From positions 1 through 64,000 of the forward strand of contig NW_021836293.1 of assembly GCF_006345805.1 (NCBI RefSeq): a stretch of 64,000 nt of DNA, in the 5' to 3' direction. This stretch comes from Octopus sinensis (taxonomy: Eukaryota). This document shows, piece after piece, positions 49,420-63,960 of the stretch. Both the position numbers and the translations under genes were made by a program. How positions within the stretch are numbered: the first letter of the stretch is position 1; every line of letters begins with the position of its first letter. A model generated the notes under the pieces. That model saw nothing but the letters and a program-made list of their open reading frames with translations, did not search any database and had not been told where the DNA came from.

Positions 49420-50252
49420 TGTGCATGAGTGACAGTGTGTCTTGAGAGAAAAACTAGGTATAAGAGGCATCAGATGCAGTATGCAAGAGAGGCAAATGGT
49501 CATTTGATGTGTATGGACAAGAACAGCTGTGTAAAGAAGTGTAAAGCAGTGCTGATCTCTAACTGTGGAGGGAACCTATGGAAGACATGGGATGAGTTGG
49601 TGAAGTATTATCTTTGAATGTTGAGTCTCACAGTGGTGATGACTAGTGACAGAGACCTTTGGTGATATGCTGTGTTTGAGAAAACTTGTCAAGCCAAGGG
49701 AAATCATAGTCTTGGCTGATGCTGGTGTCATATAAATGGCAGCCATGAAATTGTAATTGTGGCCATTGTCGGTAGCATGATCTTCGAAATGATCTTTGAA
49801 TGTTGGGCCTCACAGAAGTGAGGGACAAGGTGGTGCAGCACAATCTTCAAATGTTGGGCCTCATGAAGGTAATGACAAGTGACTGAGACCATGGTGACAA
49901 GTGACAAAGACTATAGGTGATATGCTGCACTTGAGAAGATTTGTCAAGCCAAGTGAAACCATAGTCATGTGTCATGTGACAATTGCCAGTGTCATGTAAA
50001 TGGTACCCATGAAACCATAGTCATGTCTATTACCAGTGCGTCATGTAAATGGCACTGATACTGGTCACACATAGGAAGCATCTATTACATTCTTGGAGTG
50101 GTTGGCATTAGGAAGGGCATCCAGCAGCAGCAGCAGAAACCATGCTAAATTAAACTGGAACTTGGAGCAGCTCTCCAGCTGACCAGTTCCTGATAAACCG
50201 TCTAACCCATGCCAGGATGGAAAGTGGACATTAAATGATGATGATGATGATA
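49420..50252 (+). mobile_element. RTE LINE 3' portion, same family as 33921-35878, with internal short duplications
   Basis: GGTCATTTGATGTGTATGGACAAGAACAGCTGTGTAAAGAAG mirrors 34620-34660; repeated CTT..AATGTTGGGCCTCA; (GAT)n tail. Confidence 0.8.
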
Positions 50253-51107
50253 TATTTGTGCATGTGTGTGTGTGTTGGGGGGGGGGCAGGTGCACATTCT
50301 GTGAGTGTAACAATATATGTGTCAGAATGAAATGAGAGGTTTAAAGATAAAACAGTTAAAAATTGATCTAAATTATTCTGAGGAAACAGATTGAAGAGAA
50401 AAGAGATTTGAGCAGAACAGTACTAACATTGTGCAGAGAACATTGAGCATAGCAGTGTGAACAATGATAAATTGATAGTTGACAATAGATAAAGGACTGA
50501 AAGGAATTATAATAGGAGAAATATAAGGGATGAAATTATAGAGAGAATTTTAACAGATTCATCGATTCTTTTTGTGTTTCCTTTTTGTCTGTTTCATAAG
50601 ATTAACAAAAAACATCAAGGAATGATTTGCTGCATGACAACACTAAGAGGTATCTGTATTTACAAATTCATCTAGAAGAGACAAACATCATAAAGCTGTG
50701 AGCAGTATAACAGTACCAACTGAAACAATAGTAACAACAATCACTACAACAATCCTTACAATACAGTATGAGGAAAGATATAACAACTGCTGCTGCTGCA
50801 GTTACAAGAATTGTAACATCAACTGAAAAGGCTACAACAAAAATAAAACAACCACATCTTCATCATCATTCTTCTCAGCAGCAGCAACTGCATTCTACAC
50901 CCAAACACATGGTAAAATACCAAACCCAGCAGTTACAACAAAAATGGCCACAAAACAGCAATCGCTACAAACATGAGCTAATGGAAATTATCATTGCATT
51001 ATACACTGGGCAGCTGGAAATAGTTGTCAAATCTCCCTTAAATAATGCCCTGCTTTCTTAAAAGTGAATGAACTCAAAGAATTACATAATTGATCCTCTG
51101 TTCTTTA

Positions 51108-51513
51108 ATTCTTTTATTCTTTTACTTTTTTCAGTCATTAAACTGCAGCCACCTTGAAGAATTTTAATCAGAATGGATTGGCCCCCAGTACTCATTTTTT
51201 AAAACCTGGTACTTATTCTATCAGTCTCTTATGCCAAACCACAAAGTTACAAGTATATAAATGCACCAACACTGGTAGTCAACTGGTGGTAGGGGACAAA
51301 CAAGGACTCACACACAAACACACACACAAACATACACATATATATTGACATATGTGGGGTTTCTTTCAGTTTCCATCTACCAAATCCACTCACAAAGCTT
51401 TGGTCAGCCCAAGTCTATGGTAGAAGACGCTTGTCCAAGGTAGCATGAAGTGGCACCGAACCTGGTACCATGTGGCTGGGAAGCAAACTTCTTAGCACCC
51501 AGCTACACCTATG
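51108..51513 (-). mobile_element. SINE family A, full-length
   Basis: Tail, (CA) tract and head in reverse order. Confidence 0.82.
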
Positions 51514-51624
51514 CCAAGATAAAAGACTGGATGGTTGTAATTAGAAAGCATTTGATCAGATCTGTTTTATTAGAACTGATGTGGAGCTAAACAACAATAT
51601 CAACAACAACAGATTCAACAAAAT

Positions 51625-51912
51625 CAATGCTGGTGGCATGTAAAAGACACCTGTGCCGGTGACACATAAAAGCACCTGCGTTGGTGGCACATAAAAGGCA
51701 CCCACTATACCTTTGGAGTGGTTGGCACTAGCAAGGGCATCCAGCCATAGAAACCATGCCAAAACGAGACTGCAGCCTGGTGCAGCTTTCCAGCTTCCAG
51801 GTCCAGTCAAACCATCTAACCCATGCCAACGTAGAAAATAGATGCTAAATGATAATGATGATGATGAGGAGGAGGATGACGATGATGATGACGATGATGA
51901 TGATAATGATCA
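51625..51912 (+). mobile_element. RTE-family 3' tail
   Basis: GGTGGCACATAAAA repeats, GGAGTGGTTGGCA..AGGGCATCCAGCC, (GAT)n. Confidence 0.8.
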
Positions 51913-52871
51913 CTGCCATTACAAGAGCCTCTAAGTAAATATTTCACCCATAAGAAATGGAAGCCAAATCGCACTCAAATCAAATCCTGTCCTACCATCT
52001 TAAAAAAAGAAAAAACACATTACTCAATGTAATCAGTGCTAGATATGGTCACAGCTGGAATGCTTTCAGGTTCAGGTCTGCTCAATCCAAACAGACCTTG
52101 GGTTAAACAACTGCAAAAACAGCTATTACAGCAACAACTAAAATTTAAAAAATAACAACAACCATTACTACAACAGTTACTACAAAATCAAACAAACATG
52201 ATAATATTGATAATAACTATAAGAACGAAAAAAACTCCTGCTTTGACTATTTATTTCCCTAGCACAAATAAAAGTAAAGACAAAATAAATTACATAAATA
52301 TGGTACTTTACTTCAGCCCTATTGTTGATGAACAAATATGTGTCTAATGTGAGAATTTGAAGTGGAAACACAATAGGATGTGGTGAGTGGTCCAACCATT
52401 GATAGATGTAATAAATAAGTATCCCCTCACACACACACGCATGAGCGTGTGCGCACGCCTCTACACAAGACTGAAATAATATCAATAATTGACCCAGTTA
52501 TTGATAGAAACAATTTAATTCTTTGATTTTTATTTATTGAGGAGTATTTTAATTTTTTGATGTTTTGTTGTTCTTTCCAATAATAAGTATATATGTGTGT
52601 CTTTGTGTGTGTATGCGCATGTGTGTGTATGTGCATGTGTGTATGTATATACATGTGCATATACAAGCAGACATGTACATACAGGCATACAGACACATGC
52701 ATTCATAACTATAGTTATCTACATGATATAGATACACACACACACACACATATATATAAACAGGCACACATATCTATATGTATATATATACATGTATGTA
52801 TATATATATATATGCACATATACATACATATATATGCACACGCATACACACACACGTAAACACGCACACAT

Positions 52872-52918
<47 letters not shown>

Positions 52919-54094
52919 GTAGATAACTGTATAGATATTTGAAAGCATTTTAGTTATGGAGATTGCAATCATGTGAGGATATCCGCTTGTTCTCTTATGT
53001 ATACAGAAAGATAATTGGGTATTTTCTTACAGTTTTGTTTGGGGATAATTGTTCTTCTTCAAATAATTCCTTGTACTATATTTTGGTTACCCAGAAAACT
53101 TTTGAATCTAAATCGCACCCTGTAGCAATATGTAATCAGGATACAAAATTAACAGCTAACATGATTTCCCCCTATTTTAGTCAGTCATGTAATAAATTAA
53201 ATAATTCATATTTATACAGAACACAAAATAATTCAGTATACCTGTACATAACTCTACAGTCATTTATTTGAGAGTAGTTTAGCCATAGGGATTGATATTA
53301 TATAAACACATCTTATGGTTCTCTTAGTTAAAATGAATGACTTGGGAATTTTCTGACAGATCGGTTTCAAGATTGTCTATATATAACATTACTAATCATA
53401 CATATACTGTATGCATGTAAAATTGTGCCTAACAATGTAGTGATTCATCAACTGTTTTTCCAACAAATATAAATGCTTTACCATGCTTTTAGTGCTCTTT
53501 TCTTTCATTTGTAAACATAAAGGCTATTAGAAACCATAACTTGAAGGGTTCCTGGCAGCAACTCAAGTTTCGTGCTTAGGCAAAATTATGTTTTGGATAA
53601 AGTGAAGCCTAATTGACTTTTTCAGTCATTGGGCTATGTCAAGTAATATTGCAGAATATGGCTGGCAGTAATTTATAAAACATAAATTTTATCCCAAACA
53701 AAATAATATAGATTTGTCTTTACATGCAAGTGAAGATACAGAATATAAACACATACACATGCAAGTATAAACACTCACACATACAAACACACATTTGTAT
53801 ATCTTTATCATCATTTAATGTCCATTTTTACATGTTTACATGGGTCAGACATAATTTGTTAAGGAACATTTTCTGTTACCCTTCTTGTCACCATTATCTG
53901 TTGCCAAGTAAGGAAATATTTCCCCATGACCAGTCATATTTTTCACAGAAATCTGGAAATGAATAACATGGCTTGTACCACAGAGATGCTAGTTTAAAAC
54001 TATGACATAATGTCAAGATAAGGATGCACACAAAAATACATACATATATGTATCTTTGATACCCACATACATGCATATATGTGTGTGTGAATGT

Positions 54095-54240
54095 ATGATG
54101 GGTTTCTTTCAGTTTCTGTCTACTAAATCCAGTCATAAAGTTTTGCTCAGCTTCAGCCTATTGTATAAAACTCTTATCCAAAGAGACTGTGAGACCACAT
54201 ACTTGAGAAGTAAGCTTCTTACCCACACAGCCACGTCTAT
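54095..54240 (-). mobile_element. SINE family A head, diverged
   Basis: TTTCTTTCAGTTTCTGTCTACTAAATCC...CTTCTTACCCACACAGCCAC. Confidence 0.65.
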
Positions 54241-57199
54241 GTCTCTTCATGCCTTCATGTTTGGTCCCTAGCCACACCTGCATCTCTCTCTCTCTCTCTC
54301 TCTCTTTATATCACTATATATATGTGTATTTACATATATATATATATATGTGTGTATGCATATGTGTGGGGCTGTTATATGTATTGGGTAACAGTCTAGA
54401 GAAGCATAGAAGGCAATAGTTTCTCATATAAGAAGTGGTCAGTTAAAATGTTCAGCAATTGCCGACAGAAGCAGTTTCTTTGGAATAACTTTCAGATGCT
54501 TGAAAGTTTCGTGTTCACCAAGAGATATTTATATCCACTTGATTTAACAAATATCACATAGCAGTTATCCTTGTTGATAAAAGGCTTCTATTATTTAGTC
54601 TCTTTTAACACCATAATAGTCCAATTATCTTTGGCCTGCAACAAATTTCAGCATGAGTCACTTCCTGACAAATAAGAATTCATCTACCTACTGCACTGCA
54701 GATTTAACTTTAATCATCAAATATTGTCTGACAAATCATATACACACTTTTATGTGTGAGTAATTTTGAAAAACAATGTTGTGAATCATGTGTGTGTTTG
54801 TAAATGTTTATTGGGAAACAAGTGAGATGAAGTTCACCCCATGGCCATGTGGTTTCAGGTTCTACTCCCACAGTGTAGAGCTTTGGTCAAGCATCTTCTA
54901 CTTCCAGTTTAGCCTTAGTCTAGGCCTATACCTTCAGAATGATATAGATGAGTATAAAGTGTACAAAAATCTACTGCGTATGTGTATGTGTGTGTATTTG
55001 TGAGTGAGAGTGTGTGTGCACAAATGTTTCGGAATGCCTTTGTATAACACTACATAAATGATAGTGATGTGTTCACATCTGCTGTATAAACAGTATTCCC
55101 AGTTGCTCAGCAGTTTCAACTTGTGAAGAACAGTAGAATAAAGAAAATTCTCTTTAATAGGCAGGAAAAGAATAGTAAGAGAAAGGCCATCCAGCTATAA
55201 AATACTAGCTTCATAAGTTTTTTCACCATGGAAAACAAACATAATAATAATGATGGTGATAATGATATGTATACTTGCATACACACACACACATGTAATA
55301 TTTATACATATTAACTTACTAGCTTAAAAGCTCCCCTATCGATGGCTTTTAAGCTAGCTCCTGTAGAAGGCTCCTCATTGGGCCTTGAGCCCAACAATGA
55401 CACTTCATGCATTGAATACATATTAAACTTTATTAAACTTGACCAATATTTTTCAAGCAATGAAGAATTTTCATCAAACAATGATATAATTTGTCGACTT
55501 GGAACTTAGTTGCAAAGCTGGATGATAAACAACATTTTCATCTTCCCATTCAGGGTTTAGTACAATTTTTCTTTCTGCCTAACCTCTTTCATTTTCTCTC
55601 TTTCTCTCTCTCTTTCTGTTGATTGTTTTCAACCATCACCATCACCAGTACCACCACCATCGCCACGACAACTGCCATACATACAGCATTCAAACTTCTG
55701 ATGCCACCACTATCAATACTTCGCCACCTTTCCCTCCACCACCATCACCACTGTCTTTCATATTGCTTACTATCACCATTGTCCCTGACTGTTTCAGCTA
55801 CCAACACCACCACCGTTGCCTCCGCCTCTATTACAGCTACAGCTCATACTACTACTATCACCCCATTATCATCACAACCGTCAATCTACTACTGTCTCTA
55901 TGCCTACTATTACTCTCACCCCAACATGAACGATAGTAGGAGTGTCACTGAATAGTGAGAAAAGGGTCAAAGTATGCTACGCTGACACACAGAAGTTAGT
56001 TTTCACATTTATTATATTAGATATTTGGATATTTGATCTGTATTTGCATGTATTTATTGTAATATAGTAGTTAAAGATGACTGCTCTCAACTCTAAGTTT
56101 CATTCTGACAAAGTCAATCGCCAAAGGGATTGTCAGAGAATAATTTTAGACAAGTAATGGTTATTTAACAACAATGGGTGACAATAGTTTCACATTGTAT
56201 AAGTCTCATTAGTGTATTGCACAATTAAATGTCAGTAAAAGAAAATGTTGAAAGCAAAGAGCATGTTCATATATATATATATATATCATAAAAAATATCA
56301 TAAATACACACAAATGCATACAATAATATATGCACGTATGAAAACATGTAATAAATAGTGAATTATAATAACACAAAATTGGAAAAAAATAGGATCAGTA
56401 TTATAAATATGGTATTGTAAAACAAAAGGTTGAGTACTGCAAGCACAGAAGAGCATTTTATAAACATCCTACTTGCTATAATTCCACCAACAAAATCTGC
56501 AGTATCACTCTTATCAGGAATTATCATCTAATTCTAATTTATAAAAAGAAGTTTTTATAAATAGTGAAAATTAGTGAACATTTCAAATCATTCGTTCTGA
56601 TGGTAGTTTGAGTTCATGAGATTATTTAAGGTTATAATATCTTTATCCATTAGTGTATGGTATACCTCAGTTCATAATTTCCTAATTGATTTTCAGCCTG
56701 TCAATATCACTGTCCCTCAACTGTCATATATAACTGGAAAGAGCTATGACGTTTCCATTCTCTTCATTTTGGATGTGGTAATGATTAAGATAGTGTTTCT
56801 TGAATTTGTTCTCTGTCATAATAATGTAATGCTTTTGTTATAAACTTATAGTTTAAATTTGAACTAATGCTTGCTTTGTAAATTAGATTGAGATTTTCTT
56901 TTAAAAGAATATTTTATATTTCTGTTTATATTACTGGCATTAGTTGATAAAATATCCTTCATGTTAGTAATGCAGCTATAATACCATTTCTCTTAAATAA
57001 TTTATCATATACATAGTCAATGGAGCACTATTTTTCTACAAGGGCTAAAAAAAGTCACAATATTGGATTTAATGTTTCTTCCCAGAGATACATAAACCAA
57101 CAGGTGTTGACAGTATCTTTTATACTATTCTCAAGCATTGTTTCCTATTTTTGCAATAGCTTTCAATTTCTCATTCTCTTCAGGTAGCTATCCCAGCTT

Positions 57200-58230
57200 T
57201 TGGAAATTGTTAGTGTTTCCCATTCCAAAAAAGTGTCATCCCTCAAACTCAATTAAAACTCTATCACTCACATTTCCAACACCTGAAGGTGATAGAGAAT
57301 GTGATTAACAAACATCTTTCTCAAAACCTTTAATTGTTCTCCCTCCTCAATGACTAACAGTACAACTTCTGTAAAACTAAATCTATCCAAATCTTCAGAA
57401 TCTCTTGAATCTCAGAATCTATCAGAATCTCTCATGTCAATCAGCAGCTGCATTTGTATCAGCAAAGTATTTTGTTATATCTAGTAGGTAAATCTAATAA
57501 AGCTGTCAGCTTGTGAGTTCCAGCTATCTTTCATCTCTTAGATGGGAAACTTCTTGTTCAAATCCCATCATTACAATATGAGCTGAAGGAAGTACAACTG
57601 AGCCACACTCTATCAAGTTTGGTCTTTCCCAAATTTTAGTTCTACTCTCACACTTTTTCCCAGTACATCAAAAATATATTTGCCTTACACTCAACAACAT
57701 ACACTCCTATGCAGATGATACTTTTACTCTACTCGAACCTTGTAAATATAAGCATCATCTGCATCCAATTTATATACTCATGAACTGAGATCTCAAAATC
57801 ATTTTCAACAGGATGCGTGACAATCTTTCAACAACACAGTGACACAATTATAACACATCAAGAAAATGATCACATATGTCCCCACTGGTTTGAAATAGAT
57901 GCAACAACCTTTTTTAAGATTGTTATATATGATGATCTCACATTAGCAACTTAGCAAAAACTGCATCACAATTATTCTCCTTCCTCTTCACGACAATAAA
58001 ATACCTCAGTTCCAAACCGTTGCTAACTCTCTACAAAGTTCAAGTGAAACTTTCAATCAGTTCACACACTTGCTGCAGCATACATGAACACCTTAAAACA
58101 CCCAAAAAAGGTCCTCCTGATTAATTGGTATGGTGTCATTCACCAACATCTGGCCCATGAACGTGTTGTCTCCTTACTCTATCCTTTGTACGGTTATTTC
58201 AATGGCCTCTGTTCTCTTGATTATTCTGCA
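57200..58230 (+). mobile_element. Highly degraded Jockey-superfamily LINE RT remnant
   Basis: HSYADDT at ~57702-57722; LLTLYKVQVK; ERVVSLLYPLYGYFNGLCS resembling the RRxVASLxLFYRYFxGxCS C-terminal motif. Confidence 0.6.
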
Positions 58231-58541
58231 ATCTGTACACAAGTAATATACACTCATATAAATAAATAGATATGCACTCATATGTATATCTATTTATTTA
58301 TATTCCCCCTCTCCCTCCCTCCCTCTCTCTCTCCCTCTCTCTCTTCCTCTCTCTCCCCTCTCTCCCCCCATATATAAATATTGAGCCTGTGAGGTTGAAG
58401 GGTCGTACATGGCACACTGTACAGGCCAATCCAATTACCATATATATATCAGAGCATGAAACTTATAGTATCTCACATTTAAATCCTGTGTTTATTAAAT
58501 ATTTATATGAATGTGTGCTTGTGTATGCAAGTACATACATA

Positions 58542-58587
<46 letters not shown>

Positions 58588-58590
58588 CAT

Positions 58591-58762
58591 AGGCACAGGA
58601 GTGGCTGTGTGGTAAGTAGCTTGTTTACCAACCACATGGTTCCGGGTTCAGTCCCACTGTGTGGCACCTTGGGCAAGTGTCTTCTACTATAGCCTCGGGC
58701 CGACCAAAGCCTTGTGAGTGGATTTGGTAGACGGAAACTGAAAGAAGCCTGTCGTATATATG

Positions 58763-58793
<31 letters not shown>

Positions 58794-58988
58794 ATGTCTG
58801 TGTTTGTCCCCCTAGCATTGCTTGACAACCGATACTGGCGTGTTTATGTCCCCGTTACTTAGCGGTTCGGCAAAAGAGACCGATAGAATAAGTACTGGGC
58901 TTACAAAAGAATAAGTCTCGGGGTTGAGTTGCTCGATTAAAGGTGGTGCTCCAGCATGGCCGCAGTCAAATGAGTAAAAGAGTAAGAG
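58591..58988 (+). mobile_element. SINE family A, best-preserved copy
   Basis: A box TGGCTGTGTGG, B box GGTTCAGTCCC, CCTTGGGCAAGTGTCTT, internal (TA)(TG), GAGTAAAA tail. Confidence 0.92.
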
Positions 58989-60199
58989 ATATGTAGGTAA
59001 GTAGATAGGTAGGTAAGTAGGTAGATAGGTAAGTAGATAGATGGGTAGGTAGGTGGGTAGGTAGGTAGATATCTGTGTATGTATGTATGTCCATATATAT
59101 ATATATATATATATATACGTATGTATGCATCTGTGCATATATGTGTGAGGATGTATATAGACACAGACTATCGAATAGACAGTGTAACGAGAGCTCAAAT
59201 CTGAAATGATTATACAATACTATACACATAAAACAACAATGAAAGGGAACAAGAAATATAAGCTTTAAGATTAACAACATTTCTATCAACAATAATGAAT
59301 AACCATAACTTATAAAGATGTAGAATTATGAACTGCAACAAAATAAAACTTCATATTATCATTATCATTTAAAGATAGAAAAAATTCTTCTTCTTCATCT
59401 TCTTCTTCTGATGATGATGATGATGAAGATTATTATTATTATTATTATCTTTGTTGTGTAAACATTATTTTTTAATATTACGTTTCCGTTTTAAGCATAA
59501 CATTTTTATTCGTTTTTATTAAGCAAAAATTATTCTATTTTGTTTGCATAATACCTATTTGAAGGGCGTGACAGTTGTGTGTGTGTGTGTGTGTGTGTGT
59601 GCATGCGTGTGTGTGTGTGTGCATATGCAGTGTGCATGTGTGTAGACACTCGCACATGCAGATACACGAATATCCTTTTTTCTTTTAAAGAATTACCAGA
59701 AAACACTGAATACCATAATTTAATCTAAAAATAATGTCTAAAACTATGAAATTCCATTGTAAAGCATCTAAGTAGAGGAATTAACAAACAGTTTGTAGTC
59801 TGCCTAATGCCACTTGGGTATTTCACAGTTTTGAAGATAATTCACTACTTCATTCTTCCAGACACAGTGTCGACAACAACCAAAAAATTGGTCAGCAATT
59901 TAAAGCATTTTATTCAGTTTTAGTCTTTGTAATTTTGCTTCTGTTCATTCTAGCTATGTTGCTTTGCTTGATTTTTATATATACATTTATGATATATATG
60001 ATATACATATACATACACACATACATACATACACATATATATATTTATATATACATGTGTATTTTACATGTACATCTCCCTCTCCAACATCCCCTACTCA
60101 TCTTTTCCAACCCACCTCCACCTTTTCTGCTTCTCTTCCTCCATCCCATCTCTCCAATCCCCCTACTCCACACAAATCCACTTACTGGCCAACCTCATT

Positions 60200-62290
60200 T
60201 CTCCCAACCCATCCACATGCCCCTGTATTGTCACACACCTTCTGGACTTACCTCTTTTCAAAGCTGAGTGTTCCCTTCTTAGTCATGGCCTGTGTTTCAT
60301 ATCTCTAATACCTACCATTATTGAGTTCCAGATCTGTGCCTGGATCAAATGGTTTGTGCGCAACACCAAACCATGTGTTGCATTTTTAGTGTCACACCTT
60401 TCATACACAATGCAGTCGACTGCATCCTTGATCTGGGTCACTGACCATCACTGTGTATGCTAAGCCCTGGCCAGTTCAGTACCCTGAATCTATTTACCTA
60501 TACTTATCACCATGCAGCAGACCACTTCTACTGTGAAAGGATTTATGATGCACTAGCATCTCCTAGGCTGAACACAATGCTTTTTATTCCCTTCAATGCC
60601 ATGATGATGGTGCCAGCAAGCAAGAATGGTACCATGGTGGTGTGGCAGGCCAACCTCACCAGAACCAAAGCTATGTGACAGCACTACCCCACTGCTATCA
60701 TCCACTAACACATCTCCTCCTACCTCCTACTCTCCACTGCTTCCAACCACATTGTCTGTACTCCCCATACTCCCACTACATACATTCTCCCCAGGATCCA
60801 TAAGCCCAGAACTACAGCTGCCCTATTATCTCTACCTGTAACTTCCCCATTGAACTCTTGTATGCTCTCCTTGTTCACCCACTTCCTTGGCATCGGTCAT
60901 GTTCTCCACTTTGTCTACTCTTTCTTCTTCCTTTAATTTTCAATATGAACATCAACTCCCAATACATTGTCATCCCATGAGGACCTCCAGCCTCTCAAAC
61001 ACTTCCTCAACCTCTTCACCACTTCTCACTCCTTGAATCTCTACTTTCCTTCATTTAACCAAGCCCATGCTACCCTTAACTGCTTCACCTTCATGGGTGA
61101 AATGCAAGAACAGTTCACTGGAATGGCTATTGGAATGTGAATGGAACACAACTACACCAGCTTATATGTCAGCTATATTGAATCCCAATTCTTCTCCCAG
61201 TCCCTCTACTGAGCTATACAACTGTTTCAGTGCTATCTCTCTTTCTCATGAGGATCTAAACACTTTCATTTCCTTCATTAGCTCTTACATTCCTCTCTTC
61301 AATTTATGTCCTTTGTCTCCAATAACTTCCTTCATTTCCTCAGCATCACCTTTCCCATTGACTACCTACACTCAGCCACCTCTCTTTAATTTCTACAAAC
61401 ATACTCTTTCTCCTATCTTGACTTCTCCTCATCACATCTCACTCACACCAAGCACTCCATCTCTTATTTCCAGTTCTTCTGTCTCCAGTGCCTCTGAATT
61501 AGTAACCATGACCATGTGATGCAAGCTCAATGTGTGACCTGTAGTTACCCTCTTACTCCTCTCCAACCTACCATTGTCTAGTATCCTACTCATCACATCC
61601 TCTTTTCCTTTATCTACCTCTCTACTATTCAGTCCCTACAGCACATCATCCATGCTTCTATCATTGCCTATAAATATAACCCTACCACCACCCATTTCTT
61701 CTCTCTTCTAGCTATTCATTCCTTTTTTCTGATTTTTCTCTTAATTTTCTTTTCTCCCTTCCATTTATATATTTCATGTTCATCTCTTTCGCATTTCTCT
61801 TGCCCCTCCATATACCTTGCCAATTTTCTTCCCTCACAATAGTAATTTTTTTTACTACACCAGCATTGTATTGTAACCTTTTTCTTCTTACTTGTTCATA
61901 ACTTCCTTACACATAACATTATCTCACAATCAAACACTTACACATACTTCTATCACTCAACCATATTCCTCTCACCTCTCCTTTTATCTCACACTTTCAC
62001 ACTTTCCTTTCATACACCTAATGATGAAGCATGCACACACACACACACACATTTTTGCCCATCTTAAAACATGAATACACTTCTATACTCTTCCACACAC
62101 ACCTGCCCATTCTTCCCTCCTTAGCCTAACCCACCACAGAAACACATTCTCACCTGATCCTAACCTCTTGCCCAGTTTTTTTCTCTTTTTTCTCTCTTCT
62201 TTTTACACAACTCTTCTTTACTTTTCTTTTATACCTTTCTTCTGACAGAAAACTTGAGTCCAAACATTATGACAGTTCCCCTACCTTCTA
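60200..62290 (+). mobile_element. Degraded Penelope-like retroelement
   Basis: VPASKNGTMVVWQANL (PADKGGAVVVW), a DxxSLYTxIPH-like relic near 60945, GMAIGM*MEHNYTSLYVSYIE (GxAMGxxMGPNYANLF), SYLDFSSSH..HTKHSISYFQF. Confidence 0.75.
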
Positions 62291-63039
62291 AAGAGTTTAA
62301 GTAATACAGTATTTGTTAAAACTAGTCCCTTCTGTGTTCTTTTCTTTTTGCTGTGGCTCATTACCTTCACAATGTGTCTGCGTGAGTGTATGTGGGGTGT
62401 TTGTGTTCAGGTACATGTGCATATGTACGTGTGTGTGCACATGTATGTGTTTGTATGTGAGAGCATATGTATGAATGTGTGTGTGTGTGTGTGTGTTGTA
62501 TAAATTCTCACTTAAATGAACACATTTATACTCATTCACACTTAACATAGATATATGAAACACATGTAAGTGAGGAAGTTTTACTTTTGTAGTGATACCT
62601 GTTATGGTGCAACGTTGGGGTCACAAGTTTGTAATGGTTGGTTCTGGGGAAGGCTGCAATTCTTTTGTTTGGGGTCACCAGTTGTTACAATAAAGTTTTT
62701 AGTTGAAGTCAAGGGTCACCAATTTGTAATGATAAAATTCATTGTTATAATTGCATACTGTAGAATGTGAAAGATGAACAATGCATGAAGTTTTAAGAAA
62801 GTATTTATTTACTGTTACATTGAAAAATACCATACCTTGACAGGCAGGTTATAACATCCAAGAGCATGCAAAAGAAAGATAGATGTGATAGAATTTTTTT
62901 GTTTTTTTTTTTGCATAGTTTGGCATACCCAAATTGTTAGTAGTAATCCACAGATAGCGATAGATGATGTTGTAAAAGAACAGAACTAGAGCTAGTGAGA
63001 GTTGTAGGGTGTTGTCTCATAGTTGCTGACAGTAAACTT

Positions 63040-63307
63040 CATTTCTCCCTTTGACCAAGGTTCTAGCTGCTCAGCCAAACTTTGTTCTCATTGAGTTGTC
63101 ACCATGTGACTGAACTTGTTGAGTTGTCACCGACTGACTTTTGCTTTGGGTGTTCTTGCTTTTATAACTATCCAGAAGAATAGATATATCATTGAGAACA
63201 ATAAATTTAGTTGGTGGTCTTGTTATCTCTATTCTAGCTTTTGGTGAGTAGAAGAGGTAAGAAAGGGTCAAGTGGTGAAGATGTTATTTCGGCCTAGCTA
63301 AAGGCAT
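63040..63307 (-). other. Candidate terminal exon / 3' UTR of a minus-strand gene starting beyond the window (downstream end undefined)
   Basis: Acceptor TTTTATATTTTCCAG|ATGCC; all three frames stop within 8 codons; non-repetitive sequence follows. Confidence 0.3.
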
Positions 63308-63711
63308 CTGGAAAATATAAAACTGCTATCAGAGAAAAATCATTGTTCCACCATGGGAAAAGTTCTGTTGCAGTGTTAATTTAAATTTGGCTATGGTGGA
63401 GCGAATCCACTTCATGCGTGCAAGATCCACTACACACAATAAGAATATATGCACTTGTGAGACATACATCTTCTTGCTGCACACATGTGCAAACATGCCT
63501 ACAATACAAACATAAGCATTTGTATGCATAGTCACATGCAGAGGTTACAGCTACACACAAAACACAGAAGTATATAGAGCATTCATTCACAAACACTTAC
63601 AGATTATACAGTTATTCATGATCACAAACAGGCAGGTTCAACACAACTGTTCACACTTAAGGCCTCTATCAATCAAAGTTAACCAATGCATTATGGACAA
63701 TTCTTCTAAAG

Positions 63712-63960
63712 CAGGGGTCAGGGAACATTTTTAACCAATTACCTCAAAATATATTTATCTACACTGATGTTATCCCTTGATTCAAAAGGAAGAAAATAAT
63801 AGATCCTCTGAATTCAAAAGGTTTATTGAATCTATTTATATGGAAAATACAATTATAAATATAAAAAGTATAAAACAAACACATTAAAATGAATTAATAT
63901 CTTCATTATGAAACTAAAGGATTTTTCTAGAAACATTTTCACTTCAGGTTTTGGAGAAAT
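63712..63960. mobile_element. Possible hAT/Charlie-like MITE remnant
   Basis: TTCTAAAG|CAGGGGTCAGGGAAC resembles a Charlie target plus terminus; other end unclear. Confidence 0.35.

Noticed and set aside
50600-50648. Possible 49-nt plus-strand exon after a pyrimidine tract
   Set aside because: Weak donor (GTATCT) and no homology support
52595-52885. Apparent inverted symmetry
   Set aside because: Trivial complementarity of adjacent (TG)n and (CA)n tracts
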